From positions 10,788,001 through 10,852,000 of the forward strand of contig NC_090360.1 in NCBI RefSeq assembly GCF_035084215.1: a DNA stretch of 64,000 nt, given 5' to 3'. This DNA is from Heptranchias perlo. Taxonomy: Eukaryota. Under the pieces are notes generated by a model that was given only the letters and a program-made list of their open reading frames with translations, searched no databases and was not told where the DNA came from. Of this stretch, positions 37,776-50,330 are shown in pieces. The translations under genes and the position numbers were made by a program. Positions within the stretch are counted from its first letter, which is position 1; each line of letters opens with the position of its first letter.

Positions 37776-39826
37776 TAACTATGAGATTAGAAGGTGGCTG
37801 TCAGGGAGCTACAAAGCAGTAATTCGATTGAACAGTTCTGATAGTCAAGTTTCTTTGAGGATTCCCTTCAAGCTTTTCAAGTTGCTTTCACCATTTTGCT
37901 TATTACAGTGTATATTAAATGCGGCTGGAAACCTCAGGAGCTCAATTTTTCCCGCTCAAAGCAGTCTTTTACCCTCAGGCAGTGCAGGTGGATGAGTAAC
38001 ATCACTATCGAGGTAACTTTGATAGAGTTAATGGCTTAGCCTTTTGATGGTGAAGTAGAACTTTCTGGCAATGTTTGACAATGCTATTTATTTCTGCCTG
38101 CAATGATTTAGTCAGTGTTCATCTTTCCGATCTAGGGAAGGGTGGGGGAGGAGGGGGCAGTTCAGAGTTAGGAGTTGAACATTGTGTGGAAGTTGGTGTC
38201 ATCGCCAACTAGAACTTCTGTCCTCATCAGAGCTGGCAAACTGAGTCACTGCCTGTAGCTCTCTGATGGCCATCTTATCCCAGAGTTACATGCCTCTGCC
38301 CATGTGAATGTGTGGATACCGGATACTGACAACAGGGAATAGTGACTTTCACAGACAGAGTTTGGTGCGGTTTTGGATCACGAGAATGGAAACACTCTCA
38401 GGAAATTTTACACCGTTCAGATTTTGCGAATTATTAAGAGAAAGAAAAATCAATGTTGCCTTGCAGTGCGTTCAGCAGTATGAGTGGGATTTAAGTACGC
38501 AAATATCATGTGTGGTTACATCAATGCAAGTTATGTCATGATGCTTAAGCTCCTCCCATAAAGAAGCAATCGCTAATACTATAGTAACACGATGGATTGG
38601 CACAAGGCCAGTTTGTTATCTTACACGACTTGTAATTCAAATCCTATTTAAAAGAAGAAACTGCTCTGTTTAACCTTTACCCTCTTTAATCCTGTCTGTC
38701 CTTTGGATCTTTCAAAATATTTGCATGAACATCTACAAAAATTATTTTTTAAGACGATCTTCTACATGCACCCTTTGATAAATGGGTGCCTGAGAGGAGA
38801 AGACTGCACGTGTTGTCGCATTTTTATGGTTTTGCATTGAAGAAATTATTGATGCCAGCTCCCTTCTGCATCTCTGTTTCAGAGCTGATAATTATGTTTT
38901 TTTCACATAGACCATACAGAAATGTCAAGTGGGGAATATTGCTCCCTGTTCTGCCCAACACAAACCGGCTACTCCGAAGTTGAGAACTTGCACTGCAGAT
39001 GCGGTTTCGAGTATATAAAGGAACTATCCTACCTGAGACCCTACAATAACCTCCTGTTGGAATGTCCATGTCTCTATTTCTAATTAAAACAGACCATTAT
39101 TAAATAGCTTATAATATGGTGTCTGTCACACTGATTGTAGCTGCTTTCATTGGAGCATTTTTGAGGGATAACACTTCACCAGCCAGTTTTTGACTGCAAG
39201 AATCTTCCATTGAAGACAGTGGACAATATTACAGCTGAGGCTGAGTGAAGAAATTCTATGGCTAAGTATTCAACCTTCAGAAGCACAATGAAGATGACAA
39301 CACTGATTAGATGAATATTTGATGATAAAGTCTTATCTTGAAGGCCTTTAATAAGAATTCAAAAGTTTATAAATCGATGTAATTTGGACCAATTGCCTTG
39401 TTATTCAGTGAGCAACTCTTGAACTCAGTAGGAAGCCAAGAATGGTTTTTATTTTATTACAGTATGCCTCACACATAATACATTCCCTCACAACATTTCA
39501 GTTTCCCGTGTTTAAATTGGATTTTGGTGCAAAGTTCAGAATTGATTTTCTATTGTGGAGAATACCTGCACAGTTTGAAAGAAATGAGCTCGTCGAAATA
39601 GTGTAAGGAGGTCTGCGAACTACAGCAACCTGTTCTGGCTTTTGTTTTATGAGACCTCCCACATCGATAACTGTTGCAAGAAAAATTTTCAGTTTGAAGG
39701 AAGTAGCTGATCTGGCTGGCCTTGCAGCTTATGAATGGCAGTTCTTGCAGTGTGCACTCTGCATTGTGTTATATAAACATCAGAATCTTTTGTCTGTTCA
39801 GTTGCTTCAGTATAAAAATTATGGAG

Positions 39827-40797
39827 TTTTTTTCTTATTCGTTCATTGGATGTGGGCGTCGCTGGCGAACATAAGAACATAAGAAATAGGAGCAGGAGTA
39901 GGCCAATCGGCCCCTCGAGCCTGCTCCGCCATTCAATAAGATCATGGCTGATCTGATCCTAACCTCAAATCTAAATTCATGTCCAATTTCCTGCCCGCTC
40001 CCCGTAACCCCTAATTCCCTTTACTTCTAGGAAACTGTCTATTTCTGTTTTAAATTTATTTAATGATGTAGCTTCCACAGCTTCCTGGGGCAGCAAATTC
40101 CACAGACCTACTACCCTCTGAGTGAAGAAGTTTCTCCTCATCTCAGTTTTGAAAGAGCAGCCCCTTATTCTAAGATTATGCCCCCTAGAGGCTGGCATTT
40201 ATTGCCCATCCCTAATTGCACTTGAGAAGGTGGTGGTGAGCCACCTTCTTGAACCGCTGCAGTCCGTGTGGTGAAGGTTCTCCCACAGTGCTGTTAGGAA
40301 GGGAGTTCCAGGATTTTGACCCAGCGATGATGAAGGAACGGCGATATATTTCCAAGTCGGGATGGTGTGTGACTTGGAGGGGAACGTGCAGGTGGTGTTG
40401 TTCCCATGTACCTGCTGCTCTTGTCCTTCCAGGTGGTAGAGGTCACGGGTTTGGGAGGTGCTGTTGAAGAAGCCTTGGCAAGTTGCTGCAGTGCATCCTG
40501 TGGATGGTACCACTGCAGCCACAGTGCGCCGGTGGTGAAGGGAGTGAATGTTTAGGGTGGTGGATGGGGTGCCAATCAAGCGGGCAGCTTTGTCCTGGAT
40601 GATGTCGAGCTTCTTGAGTGTTGTTGGAGCTGCACTCATCCAGGCAAGTGGAGAGTATTCAATCACACTCCTGACTTGTGCCTTGTAGATGGTGGAAAGG
40701 CTTTGTGGAGTCAGGAGGTGAGTCACTCGCCGCAGAATACCCAGCCTCTGACCTGCTCTTGTAGCAGGTCAGAGGCTGGGTATTCTGCGGCGAGTGA
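39827..40797 (-). mobile_element. CR1-group LINE copy 3 (5'-truncated, interrupted by CR1, terminal fold-back)
   Basis: Aligns to 18640-19242. Split at 39868/40189. Ends in a 35-bp inverted duplication. Confidence 0.95.
39869..40188 (-). mobile_element. Young CR1 3' end nested in LINE copy 3
   Basis: ORF 39977..40198: RGHNLRIRG..FKTEMRRNFFTQRVVGLWNLLP. (TTCTTATG)n tail at 39869. Confidence 0.95.
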
Positions 40798-41466
40798 ACT
40801 GCACTTGCTTGTTACCAATCATTATTTTTGTTTTTTTAAAAAAAACTGCTGTTCCACAGACAATCCTGCGTCAGTAGGGTGGTTTTCCAAGGCCTCTTCA
40901 GAGGCATCAATTGCCTATTGCAACAAATATAAATGGGAAGGGGAGGCGGGACCAAGCTGCCAGTTTTTCCGACTGCCAGGAAGCTGAATGCTGAGCCTGC
41001 CTGTCCAGTCAGCGATGCACAACTGGCCTCTGTCGACCTCTGTCCGACATTGTGATTGGTCCACGGACAGAAAATGGAAGTTACAATCTCGGCCTTTAGT
41101 GAAGGACTGTTTGGTCATTGCTGCCGTTGTTGTAACATCCAATCCAGAGTGCAAGCGGGCAGATTGCACAGCACTGCAAGCCCCAGCACACCGCAGAACA
41201 ACTTCAAGTCGAAGTTTCCAATCCCCTGCACTACCCAGCCTTTCCTGAATTGCAGTCAGTGACAATCCCCACTGCAATTCTGATCATCGTATCAGTTTGA
41301 AAAGCAAAGTGGAAAAATACTAGATGTGTTGACAATGCTTCTTTAAATTTTTATTAAACTGAATTAAATGATTTGCTCATTTAGTTGTATCATTTTCTGT
41401 ATGGACATCGCAAATGCATTGTACGTGTCCCTTGAACACTACTGCCTGCATTTTTCAGAGTTTTTT

Positions 41467-41486
41467 TATATATATATATATATATA
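41467..41486. repeat. (TA)10 microsatellite
   Basis: Direct reading. Confidence 0.9.
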
Positions 41487-42569
41487 TCTGTTTTAAAACC
41501 TCTTAATTTTGATAGGTGATAGGCTGTAGATGGTTAACCCAAATGGAACTCCTTTCATGACCTCAATACCCCATATATCATCATCCTGCCACGTTCAGGG
41601 ATAACGTTATAAGCTGCGATTATTTAGCTTTGGCAGTCTGCCCAGCAGTTCCACTGTGGTATCACAAAGAGTCCATCTCTTACAATCACTTTGCATTTGA
41701 ATTTTTAATTTTTTTTTACATAAATAGATTTGTACGACAATTTTTTTTCTTCCATTTGTCAACTAACAAAGCAACCACCCAGTAAATTGAGCCAGGTGGG
41801 GAGGATCGGGTTTATTGTATTGGAAAATCCAAGTGGGCAGATTCTCTGCTGTTGTTATCAGTATTAAAAGAGTCATTTGCCAAAGCCTTTGTTATCGTGC
41901 CATGAATGTGGAAGCTGTCGACGTTCTGAAGTGATAATTTGACTGGCGCTTTCTCTGTGAGTTCTGCACTCAATTTCCTGTCAAACTCTGCCACATCTTA
42001 GCCTCATTACTGATATCTGATTAAACAGACATTGACTGATGCCCTTGCTTCTCAGGCCATTTACTCTACTGCACCCCTCACTTTAACAACTAGACTGACT
42101 GGTAGAAATGCAACTTGTTAAGACCACCTGCTTATTCTATTAACAGTAGTTTTAAAAAGAAAAATCAGCCTGAAGTAGAATCTAGCTGTATGCTGCTGTT
42201 TGGGAGTCGCACAGAAAAACAGGCAAAAACCAGAGGGCCCTTGAGACATCGAGCTCCTCATAGTGAAAGGTACAATTGTTGAGGCTTCCTGCTGATTGCC
42301 TTTGGGAGTCCGGGTGACCTCTTTTGGAGTCTCGGTGACCACTGTTAAGGAGTTTTCACTGCTGTCATTGTATCGGAAGGTTTTTAAGCTGCTTGAGTTT
42401 ATTTTTTGTTCAGGAATAAACTGTTCCCAAACCCAGCTGCAGACAAACCCACCACGTTATCTGCTGCAGCAGGTTCACACACCTGGCCAAACTCTTCCAG
42501 TGTGTTTTTCACCTTTTACCCTGCACGCTGCGAAGAAGGGTCATAGCAGAAGTTGTGTTTTACAGATGG

Positions 42570-43200
42570 AAGATAAATACAGATGGAGACCAGCTTGTCT
42601 CAGCTTATCCATTCAGAAAAAAATTAGTGTTGCCTATCATGTCATCCAGATCTTGAATGAATGTGACATTTTCACCTTTACTTCCAAGCATCAATCACTC
42701 ATTGCGGTAAGAAGTTCTTCATGACATCTGTTTCAAATTGTTCTTTCACCAGTTTTAGCTTATGCCCCTTGTTCTACTGTCTTGGCTTACCTTGAATGAT
42801 ATGATGAAGCATTTATTCAATATTTTTTATACCTCTAAGGATCCTCACAGTCACCTTCTTCCAAGGCTAAAGAGCCCACTTTATCCAGTCTTTCCTCGTA
42901 TTTCAAAGCATTGAAGTCAGGAGATTAAGGCAATGGGTCGTCCTTTCACTGACTCCACGATTTAAATGTTTTCCTCATGTCTTGTTGATCAGAAACAAAC
43001 ACAATATTCAAAGCGTGTTTTTTCTGGGGCACTGTGCAGTTTTAGCATCAAATCCTCCAACTTGCATTCTACTTACTCAGTAATGTAATTAAACGTTCCG
43101 CTTTATTTTGCTTAACGCAGACCTACAGTGATTTGACACGTGGAAGTGCCAAGTCTACAATCACCAGATCTCTTTCAACTTCACCTGCAGCTTTTTGTTG
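42570..43200 (-). mobile_element. Old CR1 3' region
   Basis: Reverse strand has 'tttgaatattgtgtttgtttctgatc', 'tacgaggaaagactggataaagtggg' (YEERLDKVG) and 'agaacaaggggcataagcta' (RTRGHKL-like). Confidence 0.75.
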
Positions 43201-44711
43201 ATGTTATGATGATTGTGTTGCATCATTGCACACTCTATTCTACAAGGAGTGGCACTTGAGCACACAAACAGCATAATCGCTGTTCCATCCACGGAGACTT
43301 TTAGCTGAATGACCGCAATGGAATCATAAGTGATGTTAATACTGCCCAAGGCCTTTTTGTTCTAACTCAAGTGTCCATAGATATTGGTGAAAGTGTTCAT
43401 TGGTTGTACTAATCCTAAAATAACCATGTTGTCGGCATCCTTCTGTTCTAGATAATCCAAGTCAATTCAGGAACCTGAGGGCAAGGCTATAATTTAACAC
43501 TTGCCAGTAGAGAAAAAAATACATTGCACAAATATTGATCAAAGGATAGATCTATATATGTATTTTCTTCTTAAAAGAGAAATGGCCGAGTTTAGAATTC
43601 TACTTCAGCTTGTTTGCATTACTGATGGATAATGTTCAGCCATGGAGAGGTGGTCAAATTTGTGAATGAGATAAATAATGAGAGTATTGCAGAAAAATCT
43701 GAAGATTTGCAGCATCTCATGATTTCCATTATCATTTTTTGGTGTTGGCAGAATACAGGAAATTACCGGCAGGATTGCAATAGACAGATCCTTTTAAATG
43801 TGGTTTATCAAAATAAAACCATTAATACTTAATTTTGCAGCACAAAAATCTTCCTGAATCCCTTCTACACCTCGTTAATTTGTGTGTGGACTGTATGCTG
43901 TGTTATATGGGTTTAGGCAGTGACACTAGTTCTCACTCTGCAGCCAATTATATTTTCAAACTGTCAAGGAATGTTCATTATTCTTAAAAAAAAAAGCTGA
44001 AGGCGCCTCGACAGAAGAATTTCTACCTTGCAAGTTATAAATTTTTGATAACTAATTTTAAAAATACAGTCCTAATAGTTATTGCTACACTGTTTCATAT
44101 TGTAGGAGATGGACTGCAGATCATTGTAATAGTCTCTCCTCACTCTGTCTTATAACTGATCTACACATTAAAATTAAAGCTAGCTGGACAAGGCTGACTA
44201 AATTTAACTCTAGTCAGTACCTCATTTCTGGGCTGCAGTAGTGATGTTCTATTCCCAGAGCGAGAGCAGGCACCGATATTATGTAACAATTGAATTTATT
44301 TATTTTTGTTTCTCACAAAGACCACTTTTACTGAGGACTAGCCTAGTTGCACAGGTCCCAGAGTTTATAATCTGTGTGGAGAAAGATCCATTGTTGTGGG
44401 GGGGAGGGGGTGGAGAAGTGATTCAGAAACTGAAATTGTTTGAGAGAAAATGATTCTAATGACAAAAAGGTTTCTTTTTCTAATTAAAAATTCTATGCAC
44501 TGTTCAAAGATAGAAGGACGTTGCCAGTGACCACCTGTATATAACATTAAATAACTTCTGATTTAAAGACTGAAGATGTTGGAGGGGGCCAAGCCGACTG
44601 ACTTTGGAACAGATCTTGATACGTTATCAAAGTCAACAGTGCAGTCAGGAGTAAGTTGGCAGCTCTGACCCTTTTAAAAACAGTTTGCTTTTCAAATTCT
44701 TCAATAACAAT

Positions 44712-44850
44712 TCGATGGGCTGAATGGCCTCCTGTGCTGTCAGATTCTATAGCAGGGGAGCGGGACTAATTGCATAGCTCTTTCAAAGAGCCGGCACAGG
44801 GACGATGGGCCGAATGGCCTCCTTCTGTGCTGTAAGAGTCTGTGATTCTG
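44712..44850 (+). mobile_element. Two adjacent CR1-type 3' tails
   Basis: 'gatgggctgaatggcctcctgtgctg..attctat' is immediately followed by a longer tail ending 'gatgggccgaatggcctccttctgtgctgtaa..tgattct'. Confidence 0.75.
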
Positions 44851-45288
44851 CACCTAGTATTTCTCATCCAGGCGAGTGGCAGATAATCTGTTCCCAGACG
44901 CATGCCTCTGTCACTGTATTACCTGCCACTGCAGGGTGAGAGTGGCCTTGCCCGCCAGTATTTCCCTACTTTCACATGATGTTGGATCAGCGATCAGGAA
45001 TGTGCCTTGCGCAGAACTGCAGGTGGTAACTGGTGTTTTGACACCCTACACCATCATTTCCTATTTTTGGCAGTTCAAGATTAAATTTCTTGCGGAGAAT
45101 CCAAGTAAACTCAAACCAGGGCTGATTGAACCAACTAGGTCTGAACTGGTTCAGAGTTCTAGCTCAGATTTGTGCATTTATATTTTAAACTAACTCTTGG
45201 ATTTCAGATTTAATAAGTTAACCCACTAGACCAGATCACTGTGGTGTTTTTAAATGACAGAAAATGCTACTGGTCAGTGCGCAACTTT

Positions 45289-45580
45289 AGGGTTTCAAAC
45301 TGAGGTCTTGGGTTTTAGAAGGCCCATCTCAGAGGGCCCACAAAGATCTTTCTGTATCTGTTGACTTACAAGGGTCTTATTTTTGTTACTGTGCTAATAC
45401 AACTACCAATTTAAAAAAAAAAGGTTTTTGCAATGATAGTGCTTTGTGTTTCAGAAGTTAGGGCAGGGGGTCCCTAGGAATATGTTAGTGTTTGCAGGAG
45501 GTCCCCAGGAATAGTCATTATTTGCAAGGGATTCCCAGCAGTATGGCAGTATTTTCACAGAAAAAAGTTTGAATACCACT
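45289..45580. mobile_element. hAT (Charlie-like) non-autonomous remnant
   Basis: Right end reverse-complements to cagtggtattcaaacttt; left end is tagggtttcaaact. Internal degenerate ~30-bp ggggtccc repeats. Confidence 0.45.
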
Positions 45581-47619
45581 GCTATACAGAATCTTATGGC
45601 TTTTCATTTACTTGTTAAACATTTCAAACATAGCAATTGTTACTTTTACCCTTTAGAAACATGAATCGATAATTCACTTCCTGCTTTAAGGTTAGGGGGA
45701 AAAAATAACATATCCACGATGAATATGATTTTATCAAGATATCTGATAACTCTAAGTACCAACTGACCACTTATTATTCTATATACGATGCTCTATTCAC
45801 ACTTGCTACCTTTTATTTAGGTACGTATGAGTCCGGTTCAGCACTGCAATTTGTGTTATAGGAATGAGCACCAAATTTTAACTTAATATGCCTAGAGGAG
45901 AAAATAAGATTTAGGAGTTGAGAATGTATCTGAATTAGATGGGAGGCACTTAACCCATCCCTCAGTCTCAATAGAAACCTCCTGAAATTTTGGTTAAAAT
46001 CGAGAGGGAAATTTTACAACATCTGAACACTTAAGGGATTACTATCCAACTTTGCACTTCTGGCAGGAAGCCTTGCCTGCTAAGAGCAAAGGTCGGAAAT
46101 TCGGACTCACTCTGTGCATGATTTTCTAACCATTATTTTAAATGGGGCCTGAATTGTATGCCTGAATTTCCGACATGTGCTCCCACTGGACGAGGCTCCT
46201 CACCTGCGGTGCAAGGTCGGAGAATGACACCTTGAATCCCATTTTTTTTTTGGTCCTTTCAATAGCAACCACTGTAAATATACTTTTCCTGTTAAAGAAA
46301 AAACACAAGGAGGTAATAAGATTCTTCAGGCCAGGTTGGAAGATCACCTGAGTACACTGGATAACAATGTCATGCAGTTCTACATTTTGCTTACATGACA
46401 TTTGTGGAAGACTATTTAAATATGGTTGTGCGCATTAAGATAACTGTGCTACTTGCTGCAGGCTTGTTGGTGATGCCCACAGTTGGGTGGGTGGGGAATT
46501 GATGATACATTGCTCCGGGGGCTGACTTAACTTGCCTGGGTTGTTGGTCTGGGTCACTCTTCTGGTCCCTGCAGCATGTGGAGGATATACTGCTGCCTTT
46601 CCTCTCACAACAAGGCTCCTTCTCTCTCTGGAGGTACTGTGGGTGGAGAGCTTGTTTATGCCTCCAGGAAGGGGATCTGCATTGGTTGGTACTTGCCCAG
46701 CCTTAGCCAGAGATCACACATTTCGCGCTGTGACTGACATTTAACCCAAAGATGCTTAAGTTAGCTGCTTGTTTCCCCATAGTGGTGAGGTACTCCTCTC
46801 ACAGCCAGCAATAAGTTATGTTGGTTTGAACTTGGGATGGGGGTTGGAGAGGGTGCCCATGGTTCTCCTAGGGGAAGATGCAGCAGAGAAGAGAACTGGT
46901 CTGATTGGATCACACCACCATTTATAGTCTCTGTAGCATGGTAGACCACTGTACAGAATGGTTGGATTTGTGGGGAGGAGAAGAATGTGCATAAATATAC
47001 GCCTGTCAGGCTGCAGCACTGATCTGTCAAGGAACCATGCAATCTGTGGACCTTGTGCGATGGGGGAAGAGGGGAGGGGGGGCGCAATTATGTTTACTAT
47101 ACAAGTTTGAATTGATCCTCTTGCATTTTACTGTTTGAATTTTCATTATTGCACACTAGGCTAATTGACAGATTGGCCCAATTGGTAGGGTAGCATCTCA
47201 GTAAGGATGATAGACAATTGCATCAGAAATTGACACTCACTTTTGTAATGAGTCTGTAATTTGATTGAGTTTATTGATGAGCATAGGATGGGGATGATGA
47301 ATGTTTTGAGTGTGAGGATGGGGAATGCAAATAATAATTCTGATGATTAGATTCAAGGAATCAGTGGAGGGAGAAATTGGATGCAACTTGCTCTCGGGCT
47401 TCAGCTAATACTGCTGTTGAGATGGTTGTTAGCAGGTGCGCAAAAGGAAGGTCACAAATAGATTTGCACCAAGTAAAATGACTTATAAAATGTAGAGAAC
47501 TCTTGACTATTTCTGTAAAGTGATGAATAGTTTATCTTTATGAAGACACTTTCTGCATGAATTTTCTGGTTTTATTATTGTGCTAATTTATTTGGTGTTA
47601 TGTAGAATGTCAGTTTAAT

Positions 47620-47930
47620 CCGAACACTATCCTTGCCGAATGTTGCTATCAAATTACATCAAAGATAATAGTTAGCAGACAGTGAATGAAAAGTCAGTCA
47701 TAATTCGTTTGAACAGCTCTGATGAGATCATAAACCACAAGAGTAACATTTAAGCAATTTGTGAATGTCGATGGGTTTACGGCAGAATTCAATCTCAGGA
47801 CTGTGCTGACAGCTATTGGTTTTATTTTCTGTTTTTTTGCACCATCATGTGATGGCATTCTGAGTACAGAAGAGAAAATACATAATAGATGATTGTGACG
47901 CAACACTCCCAGAGAGCACATTATCGGGTC
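47620..47930. promoter_or_regulatory. Enhancer-like unique segment (candidate conserved non-coding element)
   Basis: Cluster of TCF/LEF ACATCAAAG, posterior Hox/Cdx TCATAAA and GTTTACGGC, Meis TGACAG and TAAT cores in repeat-free DNA. Conservation untested. Confidence 0.4.
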
Positions 47931-49539
47931 CTTAGCTGCTGATCTTCTGTCCTTTATGGAAGGACAATCAGGAGCTGGGGGCTTGCCATTCTCCGACCTG
48001 TGTTGTCTGGGAGTTCCTCTTCAGCTAGGCCTAAGAGCTGGGTGCGGTGTAAGCCCTGATCACAGATTTGGGCACAAATTGCTTATAATTTTCTATTAAT
48101 CAACTTAAATGGTTTGGCCCGAATTTGTGATAAATCATTCTGCCTCGGTGCTGAAGGGGAAAATTTGCCTCATAATCAATGTAGTGGGATATTTTACATC
48201 CAGTATATGCTACATACTTTGATAATGTTGAGGTTCAAAGTAAATCACATTGAAAAGTATTTGATTTTGGCACCGGAAAAATTTATTTGATGAAAATATT
48301 TAACTGGATCTAATAAGGAGAGCAGTCTGTTGTACCAGAACATTTAAGTTCTTCATAGTCAACATAATCATATGCACAGTTCTTGGAACTGAACAGTTCT
48401 TGTGATATGCTCTCAATCCATTTCATGCTCGTGTATGTACATGCTTAAGGTACACCTGCATATTCTCACAGCTTTATTGGCATTTTCTTGTCAACCGTAT
48501 TATGCTGTGCTCAGTTGATATGGAGGAAAATATTTACAGCAACATCAATGGTGTTACAGCTGCTGCTGATGCAGATTGTCAGCTTATTTGTCATTCTGCT
48601 GAAATCGGACCATTGAAATAGGCTCATTATTTATAAAACAGTGATTTTCCCTCTGTTGAATTGGATGGATTTGCCGTGCCTGCTCTATCTCAAAAATCAT
48701 GAATGTCATCAGATTAAAATGAATATCCAAAATGTGTGGGGAAATATTACATTTCATTGTTACAATTTCAATTATTTTAGTTAATTTATAGACATTTCTG
48801 TGCCGTGAACTGGGTGCAGAATTACAACCAGTAGTGAGGGGAGTATTTCATGCCATCAATCGATGTGGAGGTGAAAGGAGAACCTACTGCATCTCATTAT
48901 CTTCACTCAATTACATGCCACCTTGTACAGTTGTGTAACGTAATTGGAAAGCTTCAAGTGCGACTGCAGAAGAACTTTTCCTTCGTGGAGTATTTAATAT
49001 GTTGTACGAGGGTCGATTCTGCATAATGCGCTTTGTCAGGACAACCTTGCATATCTGGAATTGGACAAGTTAACAGGTCAAGCACCCAATTCATGAGGTG
49101 CCAAATTCAGTGACCTAAAATTTTTCAAATTTTTGGGAGACCTCACAGTGTGTGTGCATTAGTCTCATTATTCCTCAGAGTTGCAGTCAATCAGACATAA
49201 ATTGGTCCTATGCCGAAACCAGTGATCCTTTTGCCTGTTTAAAATGGGTGCTGCTGAGATTTCAAGCTCTGGCCTACAGCGATTCGATTCTTTACGCTGT
49301 GGGTGACAGTTTACTAATGCATCAAAAGCTCTTTTTTTTTCGTTTGACATGGCTTGTTTCATCTGATGCATTTCTCGCTGCCACTGTTTGCTGCTGCATT
49401 TTTGCATTTCTAGGCTCCTCTTGCAAATACCTTTTCCCTCAGCACTGTTAACAATAACCAGGGTGTTCAACATCAGAATTTTTCTGGCTCGTCTTGTCCC
49501 AGAAGCCAAATCTTTAGATCTAGGCATACCCACGTGGGA

Positions 49540-50330
49540 ATGTCTAAAGAGAACTGCCTTTGTTGTCAATGGTTCATGAGAGAGACTGTCATGGAGTTAT
49601 GCCATCTGTTCAAATTGGCCCCGCAATCAAGATATATCACAGGAACTGCTGTGTCCCTGGCTGAGGAGGTCACAACAGCATTGAATATTTTGTAGCCTGG
49701 TCCTACCCAGCCACTATTGGTGAAGTTTGCTGTATTAGTCAGTCTGCTGCTACACAGAACGAATGAGAGAAGCCTCGTTTGCCAGGAAAGCACTTCCATT
49801 ACTTTCCTCATGGAAAGGACGCAACACCATGAGTGGGCAGAGGGAACAGGCTTTCCAACAGTGCAGGGCCTCTAGCAACAGCCCCCTGGTGTGCATGAAT
49901 AGGAAAAGCTTTCATTCCATTAATGTGCAGGTGGTGTCAAACAACAGGAATGACATAATGCAAATCAGTGCGTGATACCCTGACATCAGCCATGATGCCT
50001 TCATTTTGCAGCAGTTCACAGCACTACCATTATTTGAAGGAGCAGGCAGACTGGCTGTTGGTTCCGAGGGGGCCGAGGACACCATTGCAACCTGGGCTAA
50101 GGACACGAATGAGAAAGCTGCTTGAACATACATTTGGCATGCTTCAGAAATTACAATGTTTAGACATACCAAGGGGTACTGCTATATAGCCCTGACAAGA
50201 TGTACAAATCTGCATCTGATGTAAATTGCATAATTTTGCAATCCATAGAGGGAGCACCATGTAGGAAGAGGATTATGAGGGTTTTCCTAGTGCCTGAATA
50301 GCCAGAAGAGGAAGATGAAATGGTTGAGAA
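49540..50330 (+). pseudogene. PIF/Harbinger DDE transposase fossil
   Basis: Colinear remnants: TVMELCHL, VTTALN, MNRKSFHSINVQVV, *YPDISHDAFIL, DWLL, EHTFGML..QCLD, CKLHNFAI. These correspond to Harbinger/HARBI1 motifs NRKG.HSINVQ, PGS.HD..IL, ER.FG.LK.RFRCL and C.LHN. Confidence 0.85.

Noticed and set aside
45595-45616. miR-135b-like sequence (tatggcttttcatt)
   Set aside because: Only the first 14 nt match, the rest diverges, and no precursor hairpin is evident.
47718-47745. CTGATGA as a hammerhead or C/D-box motif
   Set aside because: No stem II followed by GAAA, and no convincing terminal stem or box pairing.
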